Below, piece by piece: positions 46,607 through 58,199 of a stretch of 64,000 bases of DNA (position 1 is the stretch's first letter; the number at the start of each line of letters is the position of its first letter). The notes beneath the pieces are model-generated. The model searched no databases. It was not told the DNA's origin and was given only the letters and a program-made list of their open reading frames with translations. Source of the DNA: an uncultured delta proteobacterium (GTDB taxonomy: Bacteria > Myxococcota_A > Polyangia > Polyangiales > Polyangiaceae); NCBI GenBank assembly GCA_963716725.1, contig CAVQUB010000009.1, forward strand, positions 160,001-224,000, in the 5' to 3' direction. Position numbers and translations under genes: made by a program.

Positions 46607-47665
46607 CTAGGTCGTAGCTCTGGGCTCTTGCTGGGTGCTGCAATGGAGCGTGCCGAGTCCCAACACGAGATCGCGGCAGTGGACGCCGACGACCTGCCGC
46701 TTGGGGAACTGCTCTTGCAAGATGCCGAGAGCGCGCGCGTCGTTCGGATCGTTGAAAGTCGGAACCAGCACCACACCGTTGGCGACGTAGAAGTTCGCGT
46801 AGCTCGCGGGCAGGCGTTGCCGGGCAAAGACCACGGGCTCAGGCATCGGCAAGGGGACAACCTCGACCCTGCGGCCCTTGGCGTCCGTGGCGCCGCGCAG
46901 GCGCGACGCCGCGCGCGCGAGAATCGGATGGTTTGGATCCTGTCGGTTCTTCTCTTGGCAGAGCACGATGCGCCCGGGCCCAACGAAGCGCGCGAAGTCG
47001 TCGATGTGACCGCTGGTGTCGTCGCCTTCGATCCCAGCGGGCAGCCACAAGACCTTCGTGACGCCGAGCTCGTCGCTGAAGACGCTCTCGGTGCCTTCGC
47101 GCCCCAGCGCTCGATTGCGCGCGCGCGGACCCGTGAGCAGACATTGCTCGGTGGCGAGCAAGGTGCCCTCGCCGTCTACGTCGATGGCGCCGCCTTCGAG
47201 CACCACGCGCGCGGTCTTGCCGCGTCGAATGTAGCTCGGGCGCGACACGCTCTTGGCGTGGCGCTCCGCGATGCCCTCCCCGGCCCGATCATCTCGCTGC
47301 CAGTCCGGGTAGCGCGCCCACCCGTTGAACTGCCACTTGACCGCCGAGACGCCGCGCCGGCGAGCGACCACGAAGGTCGGCAAGAAGTCTCGGGTCCAAG
47401 AGCGATCGGTCTCCGCGACGAAGAAGTCGATCTGGGCAAGGTCGACGCCTTCGCGGGCCAGCTTCCGCCTGCAAGCGGCGCGCTCGACGCGGTTGGCGAC
47501 GATGAAACGCACGCGCTCGCGCTCGTGGAGCAGGCGGGCCATCTCCACGAACACCCACTCGACCATCAGCCCCTTGCCGGGCCAGTCGGACTCGTTGTGG
47601 GGCCAGGCGAGCCAGGTCGCGGCGTGCGGCTCCCACTCGGCCGGCATGCGGAAGCCGGCGGTCAT
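46607..47665 (-). CDS. aguA: Agmatine deiminase
   Basis: RMPAEWEPH, WTRD, EGGAIDVDGEG, GDDTSGHID, ASYANF, GLGTLHCSTQQEP. Confidence 0.93.
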   Translation of the reverse strand: MTAGFRMPAEWEPHAATWLAWPHNESDWPGKGLMVEWVFVEMARLLHERERVRFIVANRVERAACRRKLAREGVDLAQIDFFVAETDRSWTRDFLPTFVVARRRGVSAVKWQFNGWARYPDWQRDDRAGEGIAERHAKSVSRPSYIRRGKTARVVLEGGAIDVDGEGTLLATEQCLLTGPRARNRALGREGTESVFSDELGVTKVLWLPAGIEGDDTSGHIDDFARFVGPGRIVLCQEKNRQDPNHPILARAASRLRGATDAKGRRVEVVPLPMPEPVVFARQRLPASYANFYVANGVVLVPTFNDPNDARALGILQEQFPKRQVVGVHCRDLVLGLGTLHCSTQQEPRATT

Positions 47666-48552
47666 CTCGGGCCTTGATCCAGGAAACGTCGCAGCAGGCC
47701 GGCGTAGGCGTCGATGCGGCGATCCCGGAGGAAAGGCCAGCCGCGCCGTTGCTCCTCGATGCGCCCGAGGTCGAGCTCGACCACGAGGGTCTCCTCGCCG
47801 GCGCCGGCCTCGGCGAGGACCACGCCGGCCGGATCACACACGAACGAGTGGCCCCAAAACTCGAGCCCGGCGCCCTCGGGGCCTTCGTGTCCGACGCGAT
47901 TGACGGCCACGACGAACACGCCGTTGGCGATGGCGTGGCTCTTCTGCATGGTCTGCCAGGCCGCGAGCTGCGCGGCGCCGTGGCTGGCCTTCTCGCCGGG
48001 ATGCCAAGCGATCGCCGTCGGGTAAAACAGGATCTCCGCCCCGGCGAGCGCCGTCAGCCGTGCGCCCTCTGGGTACCACTGATCCCAACACACCAGCGGG
48101 CCGACCTTGGCAAAGGGTGTGTCGACGCTGATGAAGCCGAGGTCACCGGGCGTGAAGTAGAACTTCTCGAAGAAGAGCGGGTCGTCGGGGATGTGCATCT
48201 TGCGATACACACCGAGCTCTTCGCCCTTTGGCCCGATGACCACGGTCGTGTTGTGATACAGGCCCGGCGCGCGGCGCTCGAACATGCTGGTGAGCACCAC
48301 CACGCCGAGTTCGCTTGCCAGCGCGGCCACAGCCTGGGTCGTAGCGCCGGGGTTCGGCTCCGCGAGATCGAAGAGCGCTGCGTCCTCGACTTGACAGAAA
48401 TACGGAGACGCGAACAGCTCTTGGAGACAGACTATCTTCGCCCCACGGCCCGCTGCGTCGCGCACGCCCGCCAGCGCCTTGTTCAGGTTGGCCTGCTTGT
48501 CTGCGACGGTCGACATCTGCACGAGGCCGACCTTCACCACTTGATTCGCCAT
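47662..48552 (-). CDS. aguB: N-carbamoylputrescine amidase (nitrilase superfamily)
   Basis: CLQELF, YRKMHIPDDP..EKFYFTPGD, VCWDQWYPE, WPFLRDRR; coupled to aguA. Confidence 0.92.
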   Translation of the reverse strand: MANQVVKVGLVQMSTVADKQANLNKALAGVRDAAGRGAKIVCLQELFASPYFCQVEDAALFDLAEPNPGATTQAVAALASELGVVVLTSMFERRAPGLYHNTTVVIGPKGEELGVYRKMHIPDDPLFFEKFYFTPGDLGFISVDTPFAKVGPLVCWDQWYPEGARLTALAGAEILFYPTAIAWHPGEKASHGAAQLAAWQTMQKSHAIANGVFVVAVNRVGHEGPEGAGLEFWGHSFVCDPAGVVLAEAGAGEETLVVELDLGRIEEQRRGWPFLRDRRIDAYAGLLRRFLDQGPR

Positions 48553-48605
48553 GGCGAGCGGACGCTAGCCGAACCCCGCCGGGCGCGGAACCCCGCGCGA
48601 ACTCG

Positions 48606-49709
48606 CTACTTGCAGGCCCCGCTGGGCGCACAGCCACCGGACGCGCAGTTGTCGCTGTAGCAGACCTCGTCGGTGCTGCACTTGCCCCCGAGGTTCTGCC
48701 GTGGACGGCACTGGCCGCCTTCGCAGCGCGTGTCCGCCGCGCACACGTCGTCGTCGAAGAGCTTGCCGCAGGGCTCGCCGGCCTTGGGCCGGGGCGTGCA
48801 AGTGCCATCGATGGCTTTCGCCGCGACCTTGCAGTACTCGCCGGTCGGACAGCCATCGGGGATGGCGATCTTGCAGGCGGCACCGGAAGCAAATCCAGCC
48901 CCGCACTTGGTAGCGATCTTCCCGGTGGCGAAATCGATGCTCTCGACGACGCAGCGCAGATCCGTGGTGCACGCCGGCTTGCCTTCGAACCAGCAGGCGT
49001 CGCCGGACTTGCCCGAGAACCCGTCGGCGAGCGTCTTGCAACTCCCGGGCTTCTTGCCGTCGTTGTCGCTGCCGAGGCAGAACAAACCGGGTTGGCATTC
49101 GGGGGCCGTGCCGCCGCCCTCGCAGGCCTGCCCTTCCGCGGCCGGGGCCACGCACTTGTTGGTGTCCTTCGAGCACTTCAGGGCAGCGGTGCAGTCCGAC
49201 TCCCGCTCGCAGTCAGCGCCCGCGAGGCCCTTCTTGGCGCACTTGCCGGGGCAGGCAGCCTCGACCTTGCAGAGGGTGTCGCCGCCCTTGCACTCGGTGT
49301 TCATCTGGCAGTCGCCACCGACCTCGACCGTGCCGTCCAGCGCCGCCGTGCACTCGGGGGGTTCGCCGTTCAGGCCGCACCCGGATTTCTCGACAGCGCT
49401 CAGGCACGCCTTCACCTTCGACCCGTCGTAGACGACGGTGCCAGCCTCGATTCCCTGCTCGAGACGAGGCAGATCGTCGGAGATGGCTGTCTCGTAGGTC
49501 TTCGCACAGTCTTCACCAGCCGTGAACACCGCGTACAGCGCGCCGTAGCAGCTCTGAGCAGCCTTGCAGGCCGCGCCGGCGTAGAGGCCGGGCAGATCGG
49601 CGAGGGGCACGCTGCTGTCTGCGATGTCACTGTCAGAGTCCCCGCCGCAGGCCGCCAGCAGCGCAGCCACGCCCAAACCCGTACCCAATCGCCGCAGCGC
49701 CATACGCAT
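48606..49709 (-). CDS. Cys-rich repeat lipoprotein
   Basis: LLAAC lipobox; repeated G.xC...xC.xGL.C units. Confidence 0.8.
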   Translation of the reverse strand: MRMALRRLGTGLGVAALLAACGGDSDSDIADSSVPLADLPGLYAGAACKAAQSCYGALYAVFTAGEDCAKTYETAISDDLPRLEQGIEAGTVVYDGSKVKACLSAVEKSGCGLNGEPPECTAALDGTVEVGGDCQMNTECKGGDTLCKVEAACPGKCAKKGLAGADCERESDCTAALKCSKDTNKCVAPAAEGQACEGGGTAPECQPGLFCLGSDNDGKKPGSCKTLADGFSGKSGDACWFEGKPACTTDLRCVVESIDFATGKIATKCGAGFASGAACKIAIPDGCPTGEYCKVAAKAIDGTCTPRPKAGEPCGKLFDDDVCAADTRCEGGQCRPRQNLGGKCSTDEVCYSDNCASGGCAPSGACK

Positions 49710-49826
49710 GATCGTTCCTCCCAGCAACTCGTGTGCCAGCGAAGATCGCACACATCGGGCCGAGACTTCCAGGGGGAACGGCCGGCCGTTCACACCCTCG
49801 GCGTGACCGCGCGACGACGATGAGCG

Positions 49827-50690
49827 TTGCGGAATCCCGGCCGATTCTCTACGACCTCCCGCGTGCGGGCCAACGACGCTGACCTCTCCTCGCTCACTCG
49901 CTTCGAGCGCGCGGCACTGCGGGTCGGCGCCCGGGTCAACGAGTCGCCGAGGGCCAAGCGGGCATCGCGACGCTTCAACGAGCTGGTGACCGGTCGCTGG
50001 ATGACCCTGGTGTCCGAGCGGCGGATGACCCTGCTCGGCCTCGATCACGTGCGGGCACTCAGGCCCGATCGGGGCGTGCTCCTGGCCGCGAACCACCGCA
50101 GCTTCTTCGACATGTACATGGTGCTGACCCACCTGCACAAACGCGTCGACTGGTGCGAACGCGCGTATTTCCCGGTGCGCTCCACGTTTTGGTACGACCA
50201 CCCGCTCGGCCTGCTCACCAACGCGATGGTGAGCGGGATGAGCATGTACCCGCCCATTTATCGCGAGGTCGAGAAACGATCCGTCACTCGCCTGGGCCTG
50301 GACTTCCTCGCGGCGGAGCTCCAGCGCCCCGGGACCCTGGTCGGCATCCACCCCGAGGGCACCCGCAACAAGGGCGACGACCCCTACGACCTGTTGCCCG
50401 CCGAGCAGGGTTTCGGACGCGTGGTGCTCAGCGCGCGGCCCATCGTGCTGCCGGTCTTCATCAACGGGATGGCCAACGACTTCATCCACGAGTGCCGCTC
50501 CACACTCGACGGCAGCGGCATGCCCATCATCATGTCCTTCGGTCCGCCGGTGGAGTTCGGCGAGATGCTCGAGGCAGATCCGCAGCGGCTCCGCGCCCAG
50601 GTCGCCATTGGGAGACGGGTGCTGGAAGAGATCGCCGCGCTGGGCAGCATCGAGCGTGCCGAGCGGGAGACCCTAGCCACGTCCGCCTGA
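49827..50690 (+). CDS. Lysophospholipid acyltransferase (PlsC family)
   Basis: [22 protein letters not shown]. Confidence 0.88.
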   Translation: MRNPGRFSTTSRVRANDADLSSLTRFERAALRVGARVNESPRAKRASRRFNELVTGRWMTLVSERRMTLLGLDHVRALRPDRGVLLAANHRSFFDMYMVLTHLHKRVDWCERAYFPVRSTFWYDHPLGLLTNAMVSGMSMYPPIYREVEKRSVTRLGLDFLAAELQRPGTLVGIHPEGTRNKGDDPYDLLPAEQGFGRVVLSARPIVLPVFINGMANDFIHECRSTLDGSGMPIIMSFGPPVEFGEMLEADPQRLRAQVAIGRRVLEEIAALGSIERAERETLATSA

Positions 50691-50865
50691 GATCGCCGTG
50701 GGCGGCGGTGCGCCCGCTTCTTTTTTCGGACATCGGTGCAAGTTTCCCGCGAGCGATTGTCTTGTCTTTGCAGATCCGTGCCTCCGGATCCGGCCGTCCC
50801 AATCCCAACCAGCGCAGCCCTCGAGCCGACGACCGGCCAGTCGAGCTGCATCGCGAGCGAGTGAA

Positions 50866-53703
50866 ATGACCCACCCCGGAAGATCCCTCTGGGTGGCCGG
50901 AGCAGTAGTGCTCGCCGGCTGCACCATCGACACGTCGACCAATCCGCCGGACCCCGCCTCTCCTCCCGCGGCGATCCCGGAGTCGGGGTACCCTGCCATC
51001 GACGGAAACGACAAGTACTTCGATCCGGGTCCGCCCCTAGCGACGCCCGACGAAGCCGAGCTCGACCGACGCTTCGAGTACCACCAGAAGGTGATCGACG
51101 CGCACCAGTTCAGCTACAGCATCCAGAAGAGCGAGCCGACTCACGTCGAGCTCACCGGCATCACGGGCTTCGAACTGCCGGCCGACGTCGGCGACGAAAA
51201 GCCGCAGATCGCTCCCGAGGCCTACAGCATCGTGCTTCCGGAGCGCTGGGACACGCGCGAGCTCGGTGTCGGACTCCCGCCCGCTCGCCAGCAGGGCAGC
51301 TGCGGGAGCTGCTGGGCCTTCGGCACGGTCGGCGTGGTCGAGGCCGCCATCGCCGTCTACGACAAGAAGCTGGTCGATTTGAGCGAGCAGTTCGTGGTCG
51401 ACTGCAGCGGCAAGGGCAGCTGCGGAGGCGGATACTGGGCCTACAACTCCTTCACCAAGCAGGGCGGCGCTTGGGAGAAGGACTACCCGTACAAGGGCGT
51501 GAACCAGTACTGCAAGTCGGTCTCCGAGCACCCCTACATGGTCCAATCGTCCCACAGCATCAAGCCGGGCGACATCGACGCCATGAAGGCCGCCATCTTC
51601 CAGCACGGCTCGGTGGGCGTGACGATGTCCGTGTGCGGCTCGATCCCGGGATATGGGGGCGGGGTCTACGACTCGAACGAATGCAACAACTACTCGACCA
51701 ACCACATCGTCACGTTGGTGGGCTGGGACGACACCGTGGCGCACAAGAGCGGCAAGGGCGTGTGGTTCCTGCGCAACAGTTGGGGCACAAACTGGGGCAA
51801 AGACGGCTATGGCCTCTTCGCCTACGGCAAGGCGCGGCTCGAAGAGAACCCCACTTACGTCATCTACAAACCCGAGGATCCCACGGACACCGACAGCGAC
51901 GGCGTCACTGACCTGCACGACAACTGCAAGACGACGGTCAACCCGGACCAGAAGGACGCCGATCACGACGGCAAGGGCGATGCTTGCGACGACCACTTCG
52001 ACAAGTTCGAAGAGAAGATCTCGCTCAGCGACGACGACAGCCGCAAGCTGAGCCTCGGGTTTCTTTTCCCCTTCTTCGACAAGAGTTACCCCGAGGTCTA
52101 CCTGAACGCCGACGGCAACCTCACCTTCGGCGGCGGCGACGACGCCACCGTAGCGCGCGACAAGACTCGCTTCTTGACCGGCGCGCCGCGCATCGCCGCG
52201 CTCTACGCAGACCTGAACCCGTCAGCCGGCGGTTCGGTGAGCTGGGGCAAGACCGCCCCCGACACCTTCTTCGTGCGCTACGAGGGCGTTAAGCGCTTCG
52301 ACAACACCGGCACCGGAAGCGTCACCGTTACCTTGGGTGCCTCCGGCTCCGTCGCGCTCGCCTACGGCGCGGTCAGCGGCTCGGGCTACGTGGTGGGCGT
52401 GTCACGCGGCGGCGCGGGCAACAACGCCAGCGAACTGCAGCTCGTCCCTGGAAAGGTCGCGTATGGCAGCACCACGGCGTTGTACGAAGTGTTCGGGAAC
52501 AAGCCCTTCAGCCTCCAGAATCAGACGCTGGAGCTCACTCCCGGCGACGGTCCCAAGCCGCCCCCGGCCGAGACCGTGGTCAAGCTCGGCGACGATGCTT
52601 CGGCCGAGATCCCTCTGGGGTTTTCCTTCCCATTCTTCGGCAAGAGCTACGCCAGCGTGTTCGTGAACTCCGACGGCAACCTCAGCTTCGGTAGCGGTGA
52701 CGCGGCCACCGCCAACCGCGACAAGACTCGGTTTCTGACCGGCGTTCCGCGCATCGCGGCCCTGTATCGCGACCTCGATCCGTCGGTCGGTGGCACGGTG
52801 ACCACTCAGCCCAAAGAGGGCGCGCTCACCATCCGCTACCAGGCCGTTCGCCTGTTCGGCTCGACCCAGAACAGCTCCGTGGCCATCGTTCTGAACAAGA
52901 GCGGACTCATCGAACTCAGCTACGGGCAGGTCGCGCAAGCGTCGTACGTCGTCGGCATCTCGAAGGGCGGCAACGGCAACAGCGGCGCTGCGCAGTCCCT
53001 GATCAGCCTCGCGCAACCCATCGGCCACGGAGGCACCGACACCATCTTCCAGGTGTTCGAGAGTTCGTCTCCCTTCGGGCTCTCGAACAAGACCATCTCG
53101 TTCTCGCCGGACGGCGGCGTCACCCCGCCGCCTCCGCCACCGACGCCCCCGACCGAACACCTGCTACCGCTGTCGGACGACGGCAGCATGTCGGTCGACC
53201 TGGGCTTCAGCTTCCCGTTCTTCGGGCAGAGCTACACGTCGGCCTGGGTGAACTCCGACGGCAACATCACCTTCGGCAAGGGTGACAGCTCGACGGCCAA
53301 CCGCGACGAGACGCGCTTCCTCACCGGCCCGCCACGCATTGCGCTCTTCTACACGGATCTGAACCCCGGGGCCGGCGGCAAGGTGACCTACTTCCACGAA
53401 GACGCGAAGAGCATCTCGGTGCGCTTTGCCGGGGTGGCCAATTGGGGTGGCAGTGGCAAAGTGACCGCGACGGCGAAGATGGTTTCGTCGGGCGAGATCA
53501 CCCTCGACTACACCAGCCTGACGGCGCCGAGCGGGATCATCGGGGTGTCAAAGGGCGGCAGCGGCAACACGACAGCGGCGCTCACCATGTCGTCGCTCAT
53601 TCAGAGCTCATGGAGCTACGGCGCTTCCGGTTCGGTCCACGCGGCGTACTCGAGCAGCGACCCCTTGGGCCTTGCAGGCAAATCGGTGACCTTCTCGCCC
53701 TGA
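50866..53703 (+). CDS. C1 (papain-family) cysteine peptidase lipoprotein with TSP3 repeat and three nidogen-like domains
   Basis: VLAGC lipobox; [36 protein letters not shown]; 3x DD....LGF.FPFF...Y..V.vN.DGN.tFG. Confidence 0.9.
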   Translation: MTHPGRSLWVAGAVVLAGCTIDTSTNPPDPASPPAAIPESGYPAIDGNDKYFDPGPPLATPDEAELDRRFEYHQKVIDAHQFSYSIQKSEPTHVELTGITGFELPADVGDEKPQIAPEAYSIVLPERWDTRELGVGLPPARQQGSCGSCWAFGTVGVVEAAIAVYDKKLVDLSEQFVVDCSGKGSCGGGYWAYNSFTKQGGAWEKDYPYKGVNQYCKSVSEHPYMVQSSHSIKPGDIDAMKAAIFQHGSVGVTMSVCGSIPGYGGGVYDSNECNNYSTNHIVTLVGWDDTVAHKSGKGVWFLRNSWGTNWGKDGYGLFAYGKARLEENPTYVIYKPEDPTDTDSDGVTDLHDNCKTTVNPDQKDADHDGKGDACDDHFDKFEEKISLSDDDSRKLSLGFLFPFFDKSYPEVYLNADGNLTFGGGDDATVARDKTRFLTGAPRIAALYADLNPSAGGSVSWGKTAPDTFFVRYEGVKRFDNTGTGSVTVTLGASGSVALAYGAVSGSGYVVGVSRGGAGNNASELQLVPGKVAYGSTTALYEVFGNKPFSLQNQTLELTPGDGPKPPPAETVVKLGDDASAEIPLGFSFPFFGKSYASVFVNSDGNLSFGSGDAATANRDKTRFLTGVPRIAALYRDLDPSVGGTVTTQPKEGALTIRYQAVRLFGSTQNSSVAIVLNKSGLIELSYGQVAQASYVVGISKGGNGNSGAAQSLISLAQPIGHGGTDTIFQVFESSSPFGLSNKTISFSPDGGVTPPPPPPTPPTEHLLPLSDDGSMSVDLGFSFPFFGQSYTSAWVNSDGNITFGKGDSSTANRDETRFLTGPPRIALFYTDLNPGAGGKVTYFHEDAKSISVRFAGVANWGGSGKVTATAKMVSSGEITLDYTSLTAPSGIIGVSKGGSGNTTAALTMSSLIQSSWSYGASGSVHAAYSSSDPLGLAGKSVTFSP

Positions 53704-53707
53704 ACGC

Positions 53708-55714
53708 TCACCCTTCCGACGAAGGCGGTGCCTCGGGGTCGAAGAGCACGAGCGCGGCGTCCAGCTCGGTGCGCTCGCCGATCACGACCACGACGTCGCC
53801 GGCCTCGAGCACCGTGTCTGGGCTCGGGTTCGCAGAGAGAGCGTCGCCGCGGCGCAGTGCGATCACCGACGCGCCAGTACGCGCTCGGAGATCCAGTGCT
53901 CGCAGGGTCTCACCCGCGGCCTCGGAGCCGGCCCGCACGCACAGGGTCTCCGTGGGGATGCCCTCCAGAGAGTGCAGGGCCTCGTCGCTGCGAGGCGCCT
54001 GCGGCGCGGCGGGCGCGCGGAGCATTTCGTACATGCCGTCGCGCAGCTGAGTGGACAGATCCAGCCAGACGTTGCGCGGGACATCGTAGTGGTGAAGCAC
54101 GCGGCTGAAGATTTCGATCGAGGTCTCGAACTCCTCGGGGATCACGTCGTCCGCTCCGAGCTTCTTCAGCTCGTCGATCTCGGCGACGTAGCGAGTCCTC
54201 ACCACGATGTGCGCCTGCCGAGCCTCCTCACGAGCGAGGCTGACCGTGGCCCGAGTCGCCGCCGCGTCCGAGATCGCTACGACCAAGACGCGCGCTCGCG
54301 CGATGCCCGCGCGGTGCAAGATCGCCTGGCGAGTCGAGTCGCCGAACTCGATGGGTTCGCCTTCGGCTCGCGCTCGACGCACGGTCTCGGGGTTCAGCTC
54401 CAAGATAGCGTAGCGGACGCCCGCCGAGCGCAGCGCCCGCGCCAGGTTCCTGCCGTTCACTCCATAGCCGACGATCACGACGTGGTCGGCGAGCTGTTCG
54501 GCGGCGTTCAGCTCGGCGGGAGGCGCCTGAGCCCAGGGCACGAGAGGCCTTTCCGCATTCAGCTTGGACGCCATCGCTCCGCCGACGAAGCGGAGCGGCG
54601 GCGTGAGCAGCATCGTGATCACCGATGCGGCTAGAAACACCTGGTACTCGGCCGGCGTGAGCAGCCCCAGGCTCTGACCCGAGTGGGCGAGCACGAAGGC
54701 GAACTCGCCCACCTGCGCCAACACGAAGCCAGTCAGCACCGCGCTGCGCGCGCTGTGCCCCAGGAGCACCAGCGGGAGGCTGGTGGACACGAGCTTCAGC
54801 ACGATGATCACGCCAACGATGCCTGCGACGCGCAACGGCGCTGCGGCGACCTGTCGCACGTCCATCAACATGCCGATAGACATGAAGAAGAGCCCCGCGA
54901 ACGCGTCGCGGAATGGGATCGCCTCCGCAAGCGCCTGATGGCTGTACTCGCTCTCGCTGATGGCCAGGCCCGCCAAGAAGGCGCCGAGCGCCAGGCTCAG
55001 CCCCGCCAGCGAAGTGAGGTAGGCGGTGCCGAGGCACAAGACCATGATCAGCGTGAGAAACAGCTCCCGACTTCGGGTGCGAACGACGTGAAACAGCAGC
55101 GCCGGCACCAGGCGGCGAGCGGCTATCACCACGCCGGCGACGACGCCCACCGCCGCCGCGACGGTCGTCGCGATCTCGCGGGCGCCTCCGCCTTGCCCAG
55201 CCAAGAACGGCGCGAGCAGCATCAGCGGGACGATGCAGAGATCCTGAAACAGGAGAACGCCCAGAGACGCGCGGCCAACCGGTGTGGCTAGCTCACCCTT
55301 CTGGCCCAAGAGCGCCAGCACGATGGCGGTGCTCGAGAGTGAAACCAGGCAGCCGAAGAAGAGCGCCTTGCCCCCGGCAGCGATCCCCACAGCGCTCGCG
55401 GCGAGTGAAATCAAGATCACCGTCAGGAGTACCTGTGCGCCGCCGCCCAAGAGCAGCGTGCGCCACATGCCAACCAAGTGGCCAATGGAGAGCTCCAAGC
55501 CGATGGTGAACAGCAAGAGCACGATGCCGATCTCGGCCAAGATCTCGACGTTCTTAGTATCGGTGATCAGGCTGAGGCCGTGGGGTCCGAGCATCACCCC
55601 CGCGACCAGCAGGCCAACCAGCGACGGCACTTTGATCGGTCGCAGCAGGTAAACGACCGCTCCTCCCAACGCGAAGGCGATCAGTAGGTCGCGGAGGAAT
55701 CCAAGATCGTGCAC
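53708..55714 (-). CDS. CPA2/Kef-type cation:proton antiporter with TrkA-N and TrkA-C domains
   Basis: LFTIGLE, SSTAIV, FQDL, QVGEFAF; IVGYGVNG; C-terminal RCK-C. Confidence 0.92.
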   Translation of the reverse strand: MHDLGFLRDLLIAFALGGAVVYLLRPIKVPSLVGLLVAGVMLGPHGLSLITDTKNVEILAEIGIVLLLFTIGLELSIGHLVGMWRTLLLGGGAQVLLTVILISLAASAVGIAAGGKALFFGCLVSLSSTAIVLALLGQKGELATPVGRASLGVLLFQDLCIVPLMLLAPFLAGQGGGAREIATTVAAAVGVVAGVVIAARRLVPALLFHVVRTRSRELFLTLIMVLCLGTAYLTSLAGLSLALGAFLAGLAISESEYSHQALAEAIPFRDAFAGLFFMSIGMLMDVRQVAAAPLRVAGIVGVIIVLKLVSTSLPLVLLGHSARSAVLTGFVLAQVGEFAFVLAHSGQSLGLLTPAEYQVFLAASVITMLLTPPLRFVGGAMASKLNAERPLVPWAQAPPAELNAAEQLADHVVIVGYGVNGRNLARALRSAGVRYAILELNPETVRRARAEGEPIEFGDSTRQAILHRAGIARARVLVVAISDAAATRATVSLAREEARQAHIVVRTRYVAEIDELKKLGADDVIPEEFETSIEIFSRVLHHYDVPRNVWLDLSTQLRDGMYEMLRAPAAPQAPRSDEALHSLEGIPTETLCVRAGSEAAGETLRALDLRARTGASVIALRRGDALSANPSPDTVLEAGDVVVVIGERTELDAALVLFDPEAPPSSEG

Positions 55715-55761
55715 GGCTCAGGCTCCGTATTTCGGGGCAGGGTTCCCGCGGCAAGCCCCGG

Positions 55762-56943
55762 CTACTGCCCGAAGAACGTCTTTATCTCGGCCATCGTGGC
55801 CTTCTCTTTGCCGGTGAGTAGCCAGAAGACCATTCCGGCATCGGAGTTGTCGCCCTCGGCATAGGTCGCCTCGACCATACGGCCGCGCACCCAGGAAAGG
55901 TCCGCACCTGCTGCCTTCATCCAATCCCAAGCCGACGGGCTGCTCTTGAACGCGTTGGCGTTCTGATCGCTGATCTGCACGAACTGCACGCTCGGGAAGC
56001 TCGTCAAGAGCTCCGTCTTGGTGTGTTCCGCCGGCAGATGCTCGTGGTCTTCGTTCCACTTCGAATGCGACACGAGTTTGACGAATTGGCGCTTCGACGC
56101 CGAGGCCTTTTCGATGCCCTGCCAGGCAACCTCGAAGGGACCTGCCACGACCAGGTGCAAGGGATCTGTCACCGAAGAAGCGTCGATCGCCTTCGCGAGG
56201 TTGGCAACCGCCGCCGCGAGTTGAGTTTGGTCGTCGAACACCAGCGCGGGATTGAAGCCCATCTCGGACAGCCGCCCGGTGGTACTCGCGATCATGTCAC
56301 CGTGCTGGTCGGCGTCGTTCTGCGCCAAATGTGAACTGTGGTCGTAGTGCACCAGCTTCGACTGCATCTTCGCGCGCGAGATCAGCGCCAACGTCACCGG
56401 CGTCCCACCGATGTCGTCGCGATCGTGGAAGTTGCCGTCGGCGCTGATGGCAATTCGTCCCACGAGCGCGCTGCCGCCGCTGCCGCCGCTTCCGCCACTG
56501 CCGCCGGAGCCGCCGCTGCCGCCGCTGCCGCCGCTGCCGCCGCCGCTGCCGCCGCTGCCGCCGTTGCTGCACGGCGCGGCGCCGCACATGCACACGCTGG
56601 CGTTGCTCTGGCTGTTGACGCAGTCAGTCGCCGCGCCGCCGAACTTCTGCTGGCATTCTTGAGTCGTGTTGCACTCGTCGCCGCCGCTGCCACCAGCGCC
56701 GCCGCTGCCCGCACCGCCGCCGCTGCCCCCGGTCGTGGTTCCGCCGGCGCCAGCCCCGCCCCCGCTCGGTGCCGCCGCTGAGCCGCCGCTGCTCGAGCCG
56801 CCTGATCCTCCGGTTGCGCCGCCGCCACCGCCACCCGATCCCGAGCTGCCTCCCGCGCCCCGTGCTGCGTCTTCGTCGCCGCCGCAGCCGAGCAGTAGGG
56901 CGAGCGTGGTGGCGATAGCGGCCCCGCGGACAGCGTGATTCAT
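55762..56943 (-). CDS. Gly-rich lipoprotein with C-terminal hydrolase-like domain
   Basis: LLLGC lipobox; GGS linkers; RIAISADGNFHDRDD Asp-rich motif. Confidence 0.7.
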   Translation of the reverse strand: MNHAVRGAAIATTLALLLGCGGDEDAARGAGGSSGSGGGGGGATGGSGGSSSGGSAAAPSGGGAGAGGTTTGGSGGGAGSGGAGGSGGDECNTTQECQQKFGGAATDCVNSQSNASVCMCGAAPCSNGGSGGSGGGSGGSGGSGGSGGSGGSGGSGGSALVGRIAISADGNFHDRDDIGGTPVTLALISRAKMQSKLVHYDHSSHLAQNDADQHGDMIASTTGRLSEMGFNPALVFDDQTQLAAAVANLAKAIDASSVTDPLHLVVAGPFEVAWQGIEKASASKRQFVKLVSHSKWNEDHEHLPAEHTKTELLTSFPSVQFVQISDQNANAFKSSPSAWDWMKAAGADLSWVRGRMVEATYAEGDNSDAGMVFWLLTGKEKATMAEIKTFFGQ

Positions 56944-56989
56944 ATCCGAAACGCTATCGGACTCCCGCCAGATCGGCGAGACTGAATGC

Positions 56990-57991
56990 ATGAGACGAAA
57001 AGCCTTCTGCGTGGCACTCGCGGCGGCCTGCCTCTGCATCGCGTGCGGCGATGACGACTCCAGCGAACCCAAAGCCACCGGCGGAAGCGGCGGCACCACC
57101 AGCACCGGCGGTGGGGGAAACGGTGGCTCCGGCGGCTCCGGTGGCTCCGCGGGCAGCGCGAGCGGCGGCTCCGCGGGCAGCGCGAGCGGCGGCTCCGCGG
57201 GCAGCGCGAGCGGCGGCTCCGCAGGCTCTGCGGGCACCGGCGGGTCGGGCACCGGCGGGTCAGGCACCGGCGGGTCGGGCACCGGCGGGTCAGGCACCGG
57301 CGGGTCGGGCACCGGTGGCTCGACCGCTAGCTGCGACTACAAGGTCGGATCGAATGGCGTCTTGGTCATCGAGGCCGAGAAGCTGAAGCTCTCGGGGAGC
57401 TGGAAGACCGGCAACCAACCGGCGGGGGCGTACGGCAGCGGCTTCATCCAGTGGACGGGTACCAGCCAGAACTCGACGCCCGGATCCGGACTGATCAGCG
57501 TGAAGCTCGGGATCGATCAGCCGGGACGCTACCGCATGCAGTGGCGGAGCCGCATCGGTGCGGGCACGAATACCACCGAGCACAACGACACCTGGGTGCG
57601 CTTTCCGGACGCCACTGCGTTCTACGGAATGAAGACCATCAGCGGCGGCGAGAGCCGGCGCTACCCCAAGCCGCAGTGCGACGACTCGACCTTCATGGCC
57701 AAGGCCCTGGCGCTGCCGAACGTGCAGAGCGCGACCTGCCCCGCCGGGTCGACGGCCAGCGGTTGGTTCAAGGTCTACTGCTCGGGCGCTAGCGACTGGA
57801 AGTGGTCGACGAACACCAGCGACAACGACGCTCACCAGATCTACGCGGAGTTCGCCTCCGCCGGCACCTACACCCTCGAGCTTTCGGCCCGTGCTGACGC
57901 GCATTTGATCGATCGCATCGTGATCCACCGCGACTCGGTCGCGGACGCGGTAGCCACCGCCGCCGGCGCGACCGAAACGCCTTGCAATTGA
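56990..57991 (+). CDS. Gly/Ser-rich lipoprotein with beta-sandwich (CBM-like) domain
   Basis: CIAC lipobox; VIEAE, PGRYRMQWRS, EHNDTWVRF, GTYTLELSAR..HLIDRIVI. Confidence 0.75.
   Translation: MRRKAFCVALAAACLCIACGDDDSSEPKATGGSGGTTSTGGGGNGGSGGSGGSAGSASGGSAGSASGGSAGSASGGSAGSAGTGGSGTGGSGTGGSGTGGSGTGGSGTGGSTASCDYKVGSNGVLVIEAEKLKLSGSWKTGNQPAGAYGSGFIQWTGTSQNSTPGSGLISVKLGIDQPGRYRMQWRSRIGAGTNTTEHNDTWVRFPDATAFYGMKTISGGESRRYPKPQCDDSTFMAKALALPNVQSATCPAGSTASGWFKVYCSGASDWKWSTNTSDNDAHQIYAEFASAGTYTLELSARADAHLIDRIVIHRDSVADAVATAAGATETPCN
57143..57322 (+). repeat. 24-bp x3 then 15-bp x5-6 linker repeats
   Basis: GGCTCCGCGGGCAGCGCGAGCGGC and GGCACCGGCGGGTCR units. Confidence 0.85.
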
Positions 57992-58199
57992 TGCAGACTG
58001 AGCGGGCCGTCGGTTGCCCCCGGGTCGCGCATTGGTCGGCGTGATCCCTCGAATCCGCTTGCCGTTGTCGCCGCGGCAATGGCTGCGCAGTGTGCGCCGC
58101 GCCCGAAGTCACTGCCCGAGGAGCGTCCATGTGAGGCGCTCGGCTTGGTGTCGAGCACGCAAAGCCTGGAGCAAGCCTACGACCCCGCTTCCGGCGTGC

